Below are positions 6,852 through 16,093 of a stretch of DNA of 29,665 nucleotides, one piece after another. Numbering within the stretch: the first letter of the stretch is position 1; every line of letters starts with the position of its first letter. Under the pieces are notes generated by a model that had not been told where the DNA came from, did not search any database, and saw only the letters and a list, made by a program, of their open reading frames with translations. The position numbers and the translations under genes are program-made. Source of the stretch: Candidatus Saccharimonadales bacterium (GTDB lineage Bacteria > Patescibacteriota > Microgenomatia > Levybacterales > UBA12049); NCBI GenBank assembly GCA_035479835.1, contig DATIIG010000072.1, positions 1 to 29,665 on the forward strand, in the 5' to 3' direction.

Positions 6852-9368
6852 TTAGCAGCGGGAGTAGCCGCAGGAGTAGCATTTCTGACATCCTTCTTCA
6901 TACGCCAGTGTCGCGCTGCCGCAGTCGGGGCACATGTCAAAAAGTGACGTTGTTGAGCTGTTCATATCGGTAACCGTGACCGCGTGATCGGATGAAACCG
7001 CAACCCCGACTCCCGCGTTTTCAATCGAGAGCTGTTGCAGCTGTACAATTTCTTCTTTCTTTTCTTCAGGTGCCACGCCATTGCTATGACCGTTTGAAAC
7101 ACCATTACTGTGGCCATTGGAAAGCGAAATGGCGTTTGTGTGACCGTTTGCCCCGATCGAATCGGGGTTGGTAAGCGCTTCTACAATTTGCTTGTCCTCT
7201 ACTTTTCCGTTTACTTTAAAGTCGCAGTACTTTGCCAGAACTTTTGCAACCGTATCGGGAAGCGAGCGAACTCTGTTTTGCCCAAATCCCACACTGCTTG
7301 ATCCTCCGATCCCTACAAGCTCTGAGACAATTCGCCGCATCCGCTCGCGCTTTGGTACAGGACTGTGAAGACGCAAAACAAACGAAATCATTCGACCCAG
7401 CGCGTCCGCCATTGCGGCAACATCGGATCCTGATTTTCCGTTGACAATAAATACTTCAAAGGGTTCCTGCTGCGCGTCGTGGTTAATGGTGATGTAGGTT
7501 TTGCCAAGCGGGCTTTGCGCCTGATATGTCACTCCCTCAACCAGAATCGGGCGCTCAACAACCGGCGTTACCGGAACCGTTGCAACTTTCTCTTCAACTT
7601 TCGGTTTTTCCTCAACGCGTTGCAAAACGCCAAGTCTTGAACCGTCCCGCATGTAAGTAATGCCTTTGCACCCCGAGTCGTATGCGAGCATGTAGAGATT
7701 TTTTACGTCCTCAACCGTGTGGGCATTTGGTGCATTGACTGTTTTTGAAATTGACGCGTCAACGTATTTCTGGACCGTTGCCTGCATTTTGACGTGATCC
7801 TCAGGAAGTAAATCATTTGCGGCAACAAAATAGTCAGGTCGTTTTTCATCCGGATGCTTCTCTTTCCAATCGCCGAAAAGCTTGTGATACACGGTTTGTT
7901 TGCCAAGCCTGCCGTTGTGGGTATACTCAAACTCATACACCGGCTCAACGCCAGAGGAGGCGCCGGAGAGAAGCGATGTTGTTCCGGTCGGCGCTGCTTG
8001 AAGAAGCATTGAGTTTCTGATGCCGTATTTTGTCAGTTTTTCCCGAATTTCTTTTGGCAGTTGTTTGATAAAATAGCCTTTGATGTGTTTGTCTTTTTCG
8101 CATTTGGGAAACATTCCTTTTTCTTTTGCGATAGCAACCGATTCGTCATACGCGGCGTCTCGAATAGTTTTGTAGATTTTATCAACAACCGTCTGCGACT
8201 CATCAGACCCGTAGCGAAGGTGAAGCTTGATCAAAGCATCCGCCAAACCAAGCGTTCCAAGGCCGATTCGCCGCTCCCCCTGATGCTGCATCTGCTCAAT
8301 TTCGGGATACACATACTGATCCGCGTCAACGACATTATCCTGAAACCGAACACCTACTCGGGCATGCTGCGCTAAACTTTCATAGTCAAACCATCCGGGC
8401 TTATCGGTATCATAATCTTTGACAAAGGCAGATAAATTAAGAGATGCCAAATTGCAAACTCCCCATGCCGGCAGTCCTTCCTCGCCGCAGGGATTGACAC
8501 AGTTGATCGTGTTCCAGTACCAGTTGTTATACCACTTGTTGTACCGCTCCATAAAAACCAAACCAGGCTCTGCAGATCTCCACGCGGCGTCGCAGATAAG
8601 ATCCCACAAATGGCGCGCTTTGACCGTTTTGTACACAATGACTTTTTTACCAAGCGCTTTCCAGTGGTTCAAAATGCCGTCCCATTTTTTGTCGTACTCG
8701 GGGTCGTCAAGGTCGGGGAAAACCAAATCCCAATCGGCGTCGTCTTTGACCGCCTGCATAAACTTGTCCGATGCGCACACCGACAAATTCGCGCCGTTGA
8801 TGCGGGTCAAATCCTGTTTGACCGTTATAAACTCTTCAATATCCGGGTGCCAGTCCCACAGCATCAGCATCAGCGCGCCGCGGCGACTTCCTCCCTGCTG
8901 AATAATGTCATGGGTTGCCAGAGAATACATTTCCGCCCAGTTGCATGGCCCCGAAGAAAATCCGTTGACTTTTTTCACCCGAGCACCTTTGGGTCGAAGG
9001 GATGAAAGGTTAATACCGACTCCGCCGCCTCTGGCCATAATCTCAATCATATTGGTGAGGTTACTCATGATGCCGTCTCGACTGTCTTTGGGGGAAGGAA
9101 GCACAAAGCAGTTGTAAAATGTCACGGCGTATCCCGTACCCGCACCTGCCAGAACGCGCCCTCCCGGGACAAATTTAAAATCTTCCATTGATTGATAGAA
9201 TTTGTCTTCCCATAGTTTTTTCTTTTCTTTTGTTTTCTCAACCGATGCGATTGCACGAGCAACCCGTCGCCACATTTCCTCGGGCGTTTTTTCAACAGGA
9301 GCACCTTTCTCATCTTTTAATGAGTAGCGGTCCAAAAATACTTTTTCTCTTACTCCGTCAAGTTGCAT
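6852..9368 (-). CDS. nrdJ: Class II adenosylcobalamin-dependent ribonucleotide reductase with a C-terminal TSCPD-like domain and zinc ribbon
   Basis: NCFV, QQGGSRRGALM, NPCGE, CNLASLNL, RRIGLG and APTGT motifs; C-terminal CPDC...CYSC; no nrdB adjacent; pduO nearby. Confidence 0.95.
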   Translation of the reverse strand: MQLDGVREKVFLDRYSLKDEKGAPVEKTPEEMWRRVARAIASVEKTKEKKKLWEDKFYQSMEDFKFVPGGRVLAGAGTGYAVTFYNCFVLPSPKDSRDGIMSNLTNMIEIMARGGGVGINLSSLRPKGARVKKVNGFSSGPCNWAEMYSLATHDIIQQGGSRRGALMLMLWDWHPDIEEFITVKQDLTRINGANLSVCASDKFMQAVKDDADWDLVFPDLDDPEYDKKWDGILNHWKALGKKVIVYKTVKARHLWDLICDAAWRSAEPGLVFMERYNKWYNNWYWNTINCVNPCGEEGLPAWGVCNLASLNLSAFVKDYDTDKPGWFDYESLAQHARVGVRFQDNVVDADQYVYPEIEQMQHQGERRIGLGTLGLADALIKLHLRYGSDESQTVVDKIYKTIRDAAYDESVAIAKEKGMFPKCEKDKHIKGYFIKQLPKEIREKLTKYGIRNSMLLQAAPTGTTSLLSGASSGVEPVYEFEYTHNGRLGKQTVYHKLFGDWKEKHPDEKRPDYFVAANDLLPEDHVKMQATVQKYVDASISKTVNAPNAHTVEDVKNLYMLAYDSGCKGITYMRDGSRLGVLQRVEEKPKVEEKVATVPVTPVVERPILVEGVTYQAQSPLGKTYITINHDAQQEPFEVFIVNGKSGSDVAAMADALGRMISFVLRLHSPVPKRERMRRIVSELVGIGGSSSVGFGQNRVRSLPDTVAKVLAKYCDFKVNGKVEDKQIVEALTNPDSIGANGHTNAISLSNGHSNGVSNGHSNGVAPEEKKEEIVQLQQLSIENAGVGVAVSSDHAVTVTDMNSSTTSLFDMCPDCGSATLAYEEGCQKCYSCGYSRC

Positions 9369-9371
9369 ATT

Positions 9372-9821
9372 TTATTTAATAAGCCGTTTTACTTCTTTTT
9401 CAAAATCCTCAACATCAACAAACCGTTTAAACACACTTGAAAATCTGATGTATGCGACTTTGTCCAGTTTTTTCAGCCGCATCGCGATAAGTTGTCCTAT
9501 CCGGTCGCTTTTTACCTCAACCGAATCGGCCGCCAATAGTTCTCGCGTTACATCGGTAACGATTTTCTCAATGTCCCCTGCCGCGACTTTTGTTTTCTCA
9601 CACGAGCGGAACAATCCGTTTATTAATTTATCTCGGTTAAATTGTTCACGCCGTCCGTCTTTTTTAATGACGATTAAATTAACGTTTTCGACGCGCTCGT
9701 AGGTCGTGAACCGCTTCTTGCAAGAAAGGCATGCCCGGCGACGCCGGATCATATCCAAATCTTCATTGTCACGCGTTTCAACAACTTCCGTATCGCGACT
9801 TCCGCAGTAGGGACATCTCAT
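9372..9821 (-). CDS. nrdR: Transcriptional repressor NrdR
   Basis: MRCPYC...IRRRRACLSCKKRFTTYE zinc ribbon, ATP cone, DKVAYIRFSSV. Confidence 0.98.
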   Translation of the reverse strand: MRCPYCGSRDTEVVETRDNEDLDMIRRRRACLSCKKRFTTYERVENVNLIVIKKDGRREQFNRDKLINGLFRSCEKTKVAAGDIEKIVTDVTRELLAADSVEVKSDRIGQLIAMRLKKLDKVAYIRFSSVFKRFVDVEDFEKEVKRLIK

Positions 9822-9867
9822 AAGTTTTGTGTGTTTTAAAGAGCGTTTTCGTGCCTGATTTGCTATG

Positions 9868-9919
9868 CCACTACACCTAGTGGTGAAATCATCTTATGGC
9901 ACTAAATCTGCCCTGTCAA
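9868..9919 (-). promoter_or_regulatory. nrdR-nrdJ promoter with tandem NrdR boxes
   Basis: Palindrome CCACTACACCTAGTGG (9868-9883) and a degenerate copy GCACTAAATCTGCCCT (9899-9914), 31 bp apart. Promoter TTGACA(9919-9914)-17-TAAGAT(9896-9891). Confidence 0.8.
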
Positions 9920-10109
9920 CTGGCAATTTCTATATCAAAATTGTGCACCGCTTCCCCGATTTTAAAGCTACTGCGAAGCTGGGAAAACGCTGAAAAATTG
10001 TTTGTAAGAAATCGAAAGCGGTTTTTGAAAAAGCTTGCTGAACACTTTCTTGCATCAGAAACTTTCTGTTTGGCCTTTTGCCGATTGCTAATAACAGTTG
10101 CCAAGAAAT

Positions 10110-10664
10110 TTATTTCGTCCGAAGTGTCATCAAAATTTCTCTAAACTGCATGACGCGGGAAAGACTTTTTACAATGCTGTCTTTGTACGGCGGGGCAATC
10201 GTCTCCTCCATACCGGTAAGCACTTGGGTATGCTTATCAAGTGAGGAGCTCAATATATCAACAAGCGTTCCGATGTTTTGCCCGTTTGATTTTGCAAGTT
10301 TTGCACTGCTTATGGCATCCTCAAAATAATTTTCTCCTTTTGCTACACTTGATTGCGCAAGCGCGGGCTTGGGCGGACGCTCTGCAAGAAGTGAAATTGC
10401 GGCGCTGAGATGTTTGTCCGCGACCAAAAGCTCAAATTTTGCTTTCTCCGCAGGATCGTTGATAAAAAACAAAACGATGCGGTCGCGAATTGCCTTGAGC
10501 GGATAGAGCGGACTGTCAGGCAAAATTCCCGGATACGCGAGTTGATACTGGGTAGTTGTGGGCGCGGGAGTCGGAGTAATGGAGAGTGAAATGGGAGTTT
10601 GGGCAAAGACATTTTGAGCGGTTACAAACAAAAATAAAGCGACAAAAACAATGACTTTCTTCAT
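10110..10664 (-). CDS. DUF5667-like secreted helical protein
   Basis: Signal peptide ending VFA, PT-rich linker, YPGILPDSPLYPLK motif. Confidence 0.8.
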   Translation of the reverse strand: MKKVIVFVALFLFVTAQNVFAQTPISLSITPTPAPTTTQYQLAYPGILPDSPLYPLKAIRDRIVLFFINDPAEKAKFELLVADKHLSAAISLLAERPPKPALAQSSVAKGENYFEDAISSAKLAKSNGQNIGTLVDILSSSLDKHTQVLTGMEETIAPPYKDSIVKSLSRVMQFREILMTLRTK

Positions 10665-10730
10665 AGGGTTTTGCTAGTATGCTCTCCCCTCACTTTTTTG
10701 TCAAGGCTGCCGATATGCTACAATACAAAA

Positions 10731-11198
10731 ATGAAAAACAAAAAAGTATTTGTGTGCTTCGGGCTTTTGATTCTTTTGAAAATTTTGTTTTCTGTTTTTG
10801 GAGTAAACACGGTGTTTTCGCTTTTCGGAAATAGCAAACTTGTTGAGCAAACCGCGTTTTTACCGCTTCGACTTTCTGCCGCATTTGTTTTTCTCTGGTA
10901 CGCACTCTCTCACCTCTCATCCGGCCTTGAGTTTAACGGCATCGGCAACAAAATGCTGCAGAAATTGGGAATACCTAAGCAGGTTGACTTTACGCTGTTT
11001 GCCAAAGTCTGGGGATTTATGGAAATTCTTATTTGTTGTTCACTGATTTTCGGCGTATATATTGACCTTTTTTCAGCGCTTGCAAGTTTGTATCTTCTGA
11101 TAATCATTCTGGTCTATTATATTGCCGCCAACACATTTATTTTCAGAGACGTTGCGATCTGGGGCGCTGTCACTTCACTTTTTCTTCTTGCTAAATAA
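10731..11198 (+). CDS. DoxX-like membrane protein (155 aa)
   Basis: Start moved to MKNKK (TGnTACAAT 6 nt upstream). Several TM helices with LRLSAAFVFLWY, GFMEI and RDVAIWG. Confidence 0.7.
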   Translation: MKNKKVFVCFGLLILLKILFSVFGVNTVFSLFGNSKLVEQTAFLPLRLSAAFVFLWYALSHLSSGLEFNGIGNKMLQKLGIPKQVDFTLFAKVWGFMEILICCSLIFGVYIDLFSALASLYLLIIILVYYIAANTFIFRDVAIWGAVTSLFLLAK

Positions 11199-11780
11199 TT
11201 ATTTGCTTTTCTCGATTGCGGAAAGCGCGGTTTGGTAAGCTTCTTCTTTGTTGACCATAAACGTATTAATCACGGTGTCATAATATTTTTTATCAAAATA
11301 TGTCCACGTCGGATCATTGTTTGCGTAAAGTTTTCGCCATTTGGAAAGATCATTTTGCTCCCGCTCCAAAACTTCTGTTTTTGCCAGATCAACCGAAATA
11401 TCCTCTCTGTTGACAAGCCGGTCAATACGCACTTGGGTCTGATCATTGCCGTCTCTATCCTCACAGACAACGCCGATTTTAAAAACCCCCTCAATTCCGG
11501 CAGCGATAAATCCCGCCAGCTTTGTCTCAAGTACCAAATCTTTTTCACTTTCAAGAAGCGATTTCAAATGCGCGTCAAAAAGCTCGTCTTCATTGTCTGG
11601 GCGAAGATTGGTGTCTTTGACGGAAAGTCCCATTTTTTTTCTGACCGCTTCCCAAAACACTTCTCCGCCTTCAATGTGTTTCCAGCCGAGATGATGAGCA
11701 ATTCCTTTTGCCAAAGTTGTCGAACCGGCGCCGATGCGGCCGGAAACGGTAATAATGCGAATGTTTGAAATTTCAGACAT
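11199..11780 (-). CDS. cmk: Cytidylate kinase-like protein (archaeal/CPR type)
   Basis: IITVSGRIGAGSTTLAK P-loop, ETKLAG, R..RL..RE and R...D..KWRKLY, YDTVINT motifs. Confidence 0.75.
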   Translation of the reverse strand: MSEISNIRIITVSGRIGAGSTTLAKGIAHHLGWKHIEGGEVFWEAVRKKMGLSVKDTNLRPDNEDELFDAHLKSLLESEKDLVLETKLAGFIAAGIEGVFKIGVVCEDRDGNDQTQVRIDRLVNREDISVDLAKTEVLEREQNDLSKWRKLYANNDPTWTYFDKKYYDTVINTFMVNKEEAYQTALSAIEKSK

Positions 11781-11797
11781 TGGGATGTAATGAGAAA

Positions 11798-12835
11798 TTA
11801 AGAATTAGAAATTTTATTCCCGACTAATATTGTCTCCTCCACCAAGCGGTTGGCGTATCCCCACTCGTTGTCATACCACGCAATCACTTTTGCGAGATTT
11901 CCCATAACTTGGGTAAGAGACAAATCAACAATCGCGCTATGACTGTTGCCGATGATATCACTTGAAACTAAAGGATCCTGCGTCACTTCCAAAATTCCTT
12001 TGTAATCATCGCTTTCTGCCGCTTTTTTCAAAGCTTCGTTTACCGCTTCTTTGGTTGTTTCTTTTGATAATACAAACGTAAAGTCAGACAAACTTCCCAC
12101 CGGCACCGGAACGCGGATTGCAAGACCTGAAAATTTGTTTACAAGACTTGGCAACGCTTTTGCCGCGGCAGTTGTGGCGCCGGTTGATGTAGGGATAATA
12201 TTTTCCGCTGCGGCGCGCGCTCTTCGATAGTCTTTGTGTCCCCCATCCTGCAACTTTTGATCCGATGTATAGCCGTGAACGGTTGTCATCATTGCTTTTT
12301 CAACGCCGAATGAGTCTTGGATAACTTTTGCAACAGGCGCGATACAGTTGGTCGTGCAGGAAGCGTTACTGATGATTTTTTCTCCTTTGTAATCGGCTGC
12401 GTTCACGGAGAGAACATAGGTCGGCGTTTCATCTTTGGCCGGAGCCGACAACACAACCGCTTTTGCACCGGCTGTTATGTGCGGCTGGAGTTTTTCGGCT
12501 GTGGTAAAATGTCCGGTCGACTCGATAACTACGTCAACTCCCAAACTTTTCCAGGGAAGAAGGCTTGGATCTTTTTGAGAAAAAACGGGAATTTTTTTAG
12601 CGTCAACAACAAGCGACCCGATCGTTCCACCTGCAGTTGTAGAATCAATATCCAGAGTGTGATTTACAAGCGGGCCGTAAACCGTGTCGTATTTGAGAAG
12701 ATACATCCAGCCTTTGAGATCTGTTGAAGAACCCGCGTTAATGGCGACAACTTCTAAATCAGAGTGCTTTTCCAAAATGACGCGGTGCGCTACTCTTCCG
12801 ATCCTGCCGTATCCGTTAATTGCAACGCGTATCAT
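11798..12835 (-). CDS. gap: Type I glyceraldehyde-3-phosphate dehydrogenase
   Basis: Start MIRVAINGYGRIGR (12835); active site SNASCTTNC; WYDNEWGY. Confidence 0.98.
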   Translation of the reverse strand: MIRVAINGYGRIGRVAHRVILEKHSDLEVVAINAGSSTDLKGWMYLLKYDTVYGPLVNHTLDIDSTTAGGTIGSLVVDAKKIPVFSQKDPSLLPWKSLGVDVVIESTGHFTTAEKLQPHITAGAKAVVLSAPAKDETPTYVLSVNAADYKGEKIISNASCTTNCIAPVAKVIQDSFGVEKAMMTTVHGYTSDQKLQDGGHKDYRRARAAAENIIPTSTGATTAAAKALPSLVNKFSGLAIRVPVPVGSLSDFTFVLSKETTKEAVNEALKKAAESDDYKGILEVTQDPLVSSDIIGNSHSAIVDLSLTQVMGNLAKVIAWYDNEWGYANRLVEETILVGNKISNS

Positions 12836-12881
12836 GGTATCAGTATATATCCAAACAGGATTTGATACAATACCGTTTGCC

Positions 12882-13400
12882 ATGACAAACCAAACCAAAC
12901 TTATTATCTTCTTCGGGCTTCCGGGGACGGGAAAAACGTTTGCGGGAAAACACTTTGCAAAAAAATACGGCTTTTTCTACTACGACGCAGATGATGCGCT
13001 CACCAGAAACATTGTCAAAGCAGTTAAAACGCAGAAACCGATTACCGATGCAATGCGCGATGTGTTTTTTGAGAAGCTAAACAAACACCTGACCGGTTTG
13101 GTTAAAAAACATCCCAAACTCGCAATCAGCCAAACCTTTATCAAAGAAAAATACCGACTGGGGGTTTTAAAACTTTTTCCAAACGCAAAGTTTGTTTTGG
13201 TAAAAACTCCGACCAAGCTTCGGGAAGAAAGGCTTGCAAAAAGAACGAGTTTTAAAATTGAAAAAGAATACGCAAGGAAAATGTCGCAGAGATTTGAGAA
13301 ACCAAAAATCCCCCATTTTCTGCTAGAAAATACGACTGAAGATGCATTAGAGAGAGGATTGAACAAACTCCACGATTCCCTGCGCGATATCTCGCTTTAA
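12882..13400 (+). CDS. P-loop kinase (AAA_33 / gluconate-shikimate kinase-like)
   Basis: Start moved to MTNQTK; GLPGTGKT, YDADD, R..RL..R lid and FEKP motifs. Confidence 0.75.
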   Translation: MTNQTKLIIFFGLPGTGKTFAGKHFAKKYGFFYYDADDALTRNIVKAVKTQKPITDAMRDVFFEKLNKHLTGLVKKHPKLAISQTFIKEKYRLGVLKLFPNAKFVLVKTPTKLREERLAKRTSFKIEKEYARKMSQRFEKPKIPHFLLENTTEDALERGLNKLHDSLRDISL

Positions 13401-14549
13401 GGCAAGCGGGATTTTTTTTGTTTTTCCGCTTCTTGTGACAATCACCACTTCATTGGTATCTGCTCCAAATCCCCGATCAGATTTGCTAATATCATTGGCA
13501 ACAACCGCGTCTGCGTCTGACTCTTTTAATTTTTCTTCAGCCGCTTTTTTTAAATCGTTTCCGTCAACCGCTTTAAAGGCAATAAGTTTTACACGCGGAT
13601 TAAAACGCTTGATTTGGTCCAGAATTTTTTGCTGGGGGGTCAAATGAAGAGTCAGAGAAATTTTACTCGAAAGTTTGCCCTTTTGGGAATTTTTAACGCT
13701 AAAATCAGAAACCGCGGCAGTGTGGTAAAAATATGAACAGTCTTTTAAGTTTTGCTTGATAAGGTGAAGCAGCTCTGTTGACGTTTTAAACGGGTTTTGC
13801 GCAATATTTGCCCGTGGTTTCAAAGAGTTTTGCGCCCTAAGCAAAACCACCTCTGCTCCCCGGAAATGGCAAACTTCTGCAATCGCGGCACCCATTTTCC
13901 CGCTTGATTTGTTGGTGATAAAGCGAACGTCATCAATTGCTTCTTGTGTCGCGCCCGCTGTCACGATAATTTTTTTTCCTTTTAACGAAGCTGCGAGTTT
14001 CAACCTGTTAAGAATTTCTCGGGCAATAATTTTTGTATCTTCCAATCTTCCCATTCCGCTGTATCCGCATGCCAAATCGCCGTTTACCGGACCGATCAAC
14101 TGATATCCTGTTTGCGTCAGTTTTAAAACATTTTCTTGCGTAATCGGATTTTCCCACATGTGCACATTCATTGACGGACAAATCATAACAGGCGCAGTCA
14201 TAGCAAGTGCGGTCGTGGTGAGATAGTCATCGGCAATGCCATGAGAAAGTTTTGCAATCACGTTTGCCGTTGCGGGAACTATCACCATAAGATCCGCTTT
14301 GTCTGCCAGATCAATATGCTCTACCCTTCTTTTTTTTAGAACTTTTTTATAGTCAAAATCATTTTCAAAAAGATTGGTATACACTTTGTTTCCCGAAATC
14401 TTTTCAAGTTCTTTCACAGAAACCATGTTTGAAGCACCGCTGCTGAGAATTACCACAACGCTCACTCCTTCTTTTTTTAAACGCTTAACAAGTTCCAACG
14501 TTTTAAACGCGGCAATGCCGCTGGTGACACCCACAATAACGGTTTTCAT
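13347..14549 (-). CDS. coaBC: Bifunctional phosphopantothenoylcysteine decarboxylase/synthetase
   Basis: GVTSGIAAFK, PATAN, PSMNVHMW, LACGYSGMGRL, DDVRFITNKSSGKMG and AAVSDF. Confidence 0.96.
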   Translation of the reverse strand: MKTVIVGVTSGIAAFKTLELVKRLKKEGVSVVVILSSGASNMVSVKELEKISGNKVYTNLFENDFDYKKVLKKRRVEHIDLADKADLMVIVPATANVIAKLSHGIADDYLTTTALAMTAPVMICPSMNVHMWENPITQENVLKLTQTGYQLIGPVNGDLACGYSGMGRLEDTKIIAREILNRLKLAASLKGKKIIVTAGATQEAIDDVRFITNKSSGKMGAAIAEVCHFRGAEVVLLRAQNSLKPRANIAQNPFKTSTELLHLIKQNLKDCSYFYHTAAVSDFSVKNSQKGKLSSKISLTLHLTPQQKILDQIKRFNPRVKLIAFKAVDGNDLKKAAEEKLKESDADAVVANDISKSDRGFGADTNEVVIVTRSGKTKKIPLALKRDIAQGIVEFVQSSL

Positions 14550-14576
14550 GAAGGCTATTATACCATTTAAAGAAGT

Positions 14577-14987
14577 TTAGAAGGCCAGGCCGTGGCGAAG
14601 GCGATCAAAAAATGAGGGTCTTACGGTAGCTGAATCTTCATAGTGTCCGTGTACGTCTTCTCTGACGTGTTCGACATTTTCTCCCTTAAGCTTTGCGTTT
14701 TCTACTTCCAGATCGTGCACCCTATCTTCAAGCGTTCCTACTTCTCTACTGGTTGCTCTGATTTTGTTTTCGCGCTGGTGCAGGGCAACTGAGTTGGAAA
14801 TGCTGTCAATGAGGCTTAAAACCCATGAGATGAAAAAGCCGATCAAAAGTGCTCCCAGAACGACCGTCCACAGCGGCATGTGAAACTGGGTGTATTGCGT
14901 GAGATTGACGGTGACCCACATGTTGTTTTGCGTGGCAAGATATGCAAATCCGAGTCCCGTGATCGCGATAACAAGAAGCATTAACAT
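14577..14987 (-). CDS. LapA/DUF1049-like membrane protein
   Basis: Two TM helices separated by ATQN...V.VNL, followed by a coiled coil. Confidence 0.75.
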   Translation of the reverse strand: MLMLLVIAITGLGFAYLATQNNMWVTVNLTQYTQFHMPLWTVVLGALLIGFFISWVLSLIDSISNSVALHQRENKIRATSREVGTLEDRVHDLEVENAKLKGENVEHVREDVHGHYEDSATVRPSFFDRLRHGLAF

Positions 14988-15043
14988 AATATAACGCTAT
15001 TATTGCTCAAGCATGTCACAAGCAAATCATAAAGCGGTAAGAG

Positions 15044-16090
15044 TCAGGTAAGAGCTTCCAGACCCGGAAGGGTTTCGCCGGCGAGAAAGGATAGCATTGC
15101 GCCGCCGCCCGTTGAAACAAAAGAAAATTTTGAAAGTAAATGCTCGCGTTTTAAAAAATCTTCCGTGTCTCCTCCGCCGATAACCGTATATGCATGTGTT
15201 GCCGTAATCCCGTATGCCAGTTTTTTTGTCCCGGCACAACCCTCTGCAGACTCAGTTTTGCCTACCGGTCCGTTCCAGACAATTGTTTTTCCAAGTTGTA
15301 AAATCTGCAAAAAATTCTCAACGTTTTTAGGCGTCATGTCAGTCTCATCGCTGTTTAAATCACCGACCAGAAGAACCGATTTTTTGCCGCTTACTCTCTC
15401 GTGCTGGACTTTGAGAAGTTTTCGCGTTTCCTCGGCAATTTTCCCCCCGACCAATACATAGTCGGCAAAACGGTGCATTTTCTCAACAAGCGGAAGTTTG
15501 GTTTCTATTTTTGCACCGCCGATAAGAACAATAAGCGGACGTTTGGGATGTTCCAAAACATTTGAGAGAACTTCAACTTCCTTTTGCAGATGAAAGCCTG
15601 CAAAATGAGGCAAAAGTTTGGCAACACCTGCAATGGAAGCGTGGTTTCGGTGTACCGCGGCAAACGCGTCGTCAACATATAAATCGGCAAGACTTGCAAG
15701 TTGTTTACTAAACTCCGAATCATTTTTTTCTTCTCCTTTGAAGAACCGGATGTTTTCTAAAATGATAAAGTTACTCGCGAGCTTCCAACCGGGAAAGCTT
15801 CCAAACATTTCATTTTTGAGATTTGAATTTTTAGATTTGATTTTATGAGCAAACCACTGCGCTACCGGTTTTAAACTGAACTTTGTATCAGCTTTTCCCT
15901 CGGGCCGACCTAAATGCCCGCATGCAATAACCGTCGCATGGTGATTAAGAAGAAATGTTAACGTTTCCAGAGAACTTGCAAGCCTGCTGTCATCCTCTAC
16001 TTTTCCCGCTTTTAACGGAACGTCAAAATCAAGCCGCAGCAAAACTTTTTTCCCGTTTACTTTTGCGTTTCTGATATCAGGAAGTTTCAT
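15044..16090 (-). CDS. pgk: Phosphoglycerate kinase (short form)
   Basis: RLDFDVP, HLGRP, LENIRF, DAFAAVHR, GGAK, WNGPVG, GGGDT and STGGGA. Confidence 0.96.
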   Translation of the reverse strand: MKLPDIRNAKVNGKKVLLRLDFDVPLKAGKVEDDSRLASSLETLTFLLNHHATVIACGHLGRPEGKADTKFSLKPVAQWFAHKIKSKNSNLKNEMFGSFPGWKLASNFIILENIRFFKGEEKNDSEFSKQLASLADLYVDDAFAAVHRNHASIAGVAKLLPHFAGFHLQKEVEVLSNVLEHPKRPLIVLIGGAKIETKLPLVEKMHRFADYVLVGGKIAEETRKLLKVQHERVSGKKSVLLVGDLNSDETDMTPKNVENFLQILQLGKTIVWNGPVGKTESAEGCAGTKKLAYGITATHAYTVIGGGDTEDFLKREHLLSKFSFVSTGGGAMLSFLAGETLPGLEALT

Positions 16091-16093
16091 AAC

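Noticed and set aside
6852..9368. Intein or intron in nrdJ
   Set aside because: The ORF is continuous with normal motif order and has no splice-junction or endonuclease motifs.
9896..10144. ORFs of 62 and 82 aa, and DnaA boxes upstream of nrdR
   Set aside because: The ORFs overlap the promoter, lack motifs and have no convincing start context; the best DnaA-like 9-mers have two or more mismatches.
15027..15239. 70-aa minus-strand ORF
   Set aside because: An alternative frame within the 3' end of pgk.
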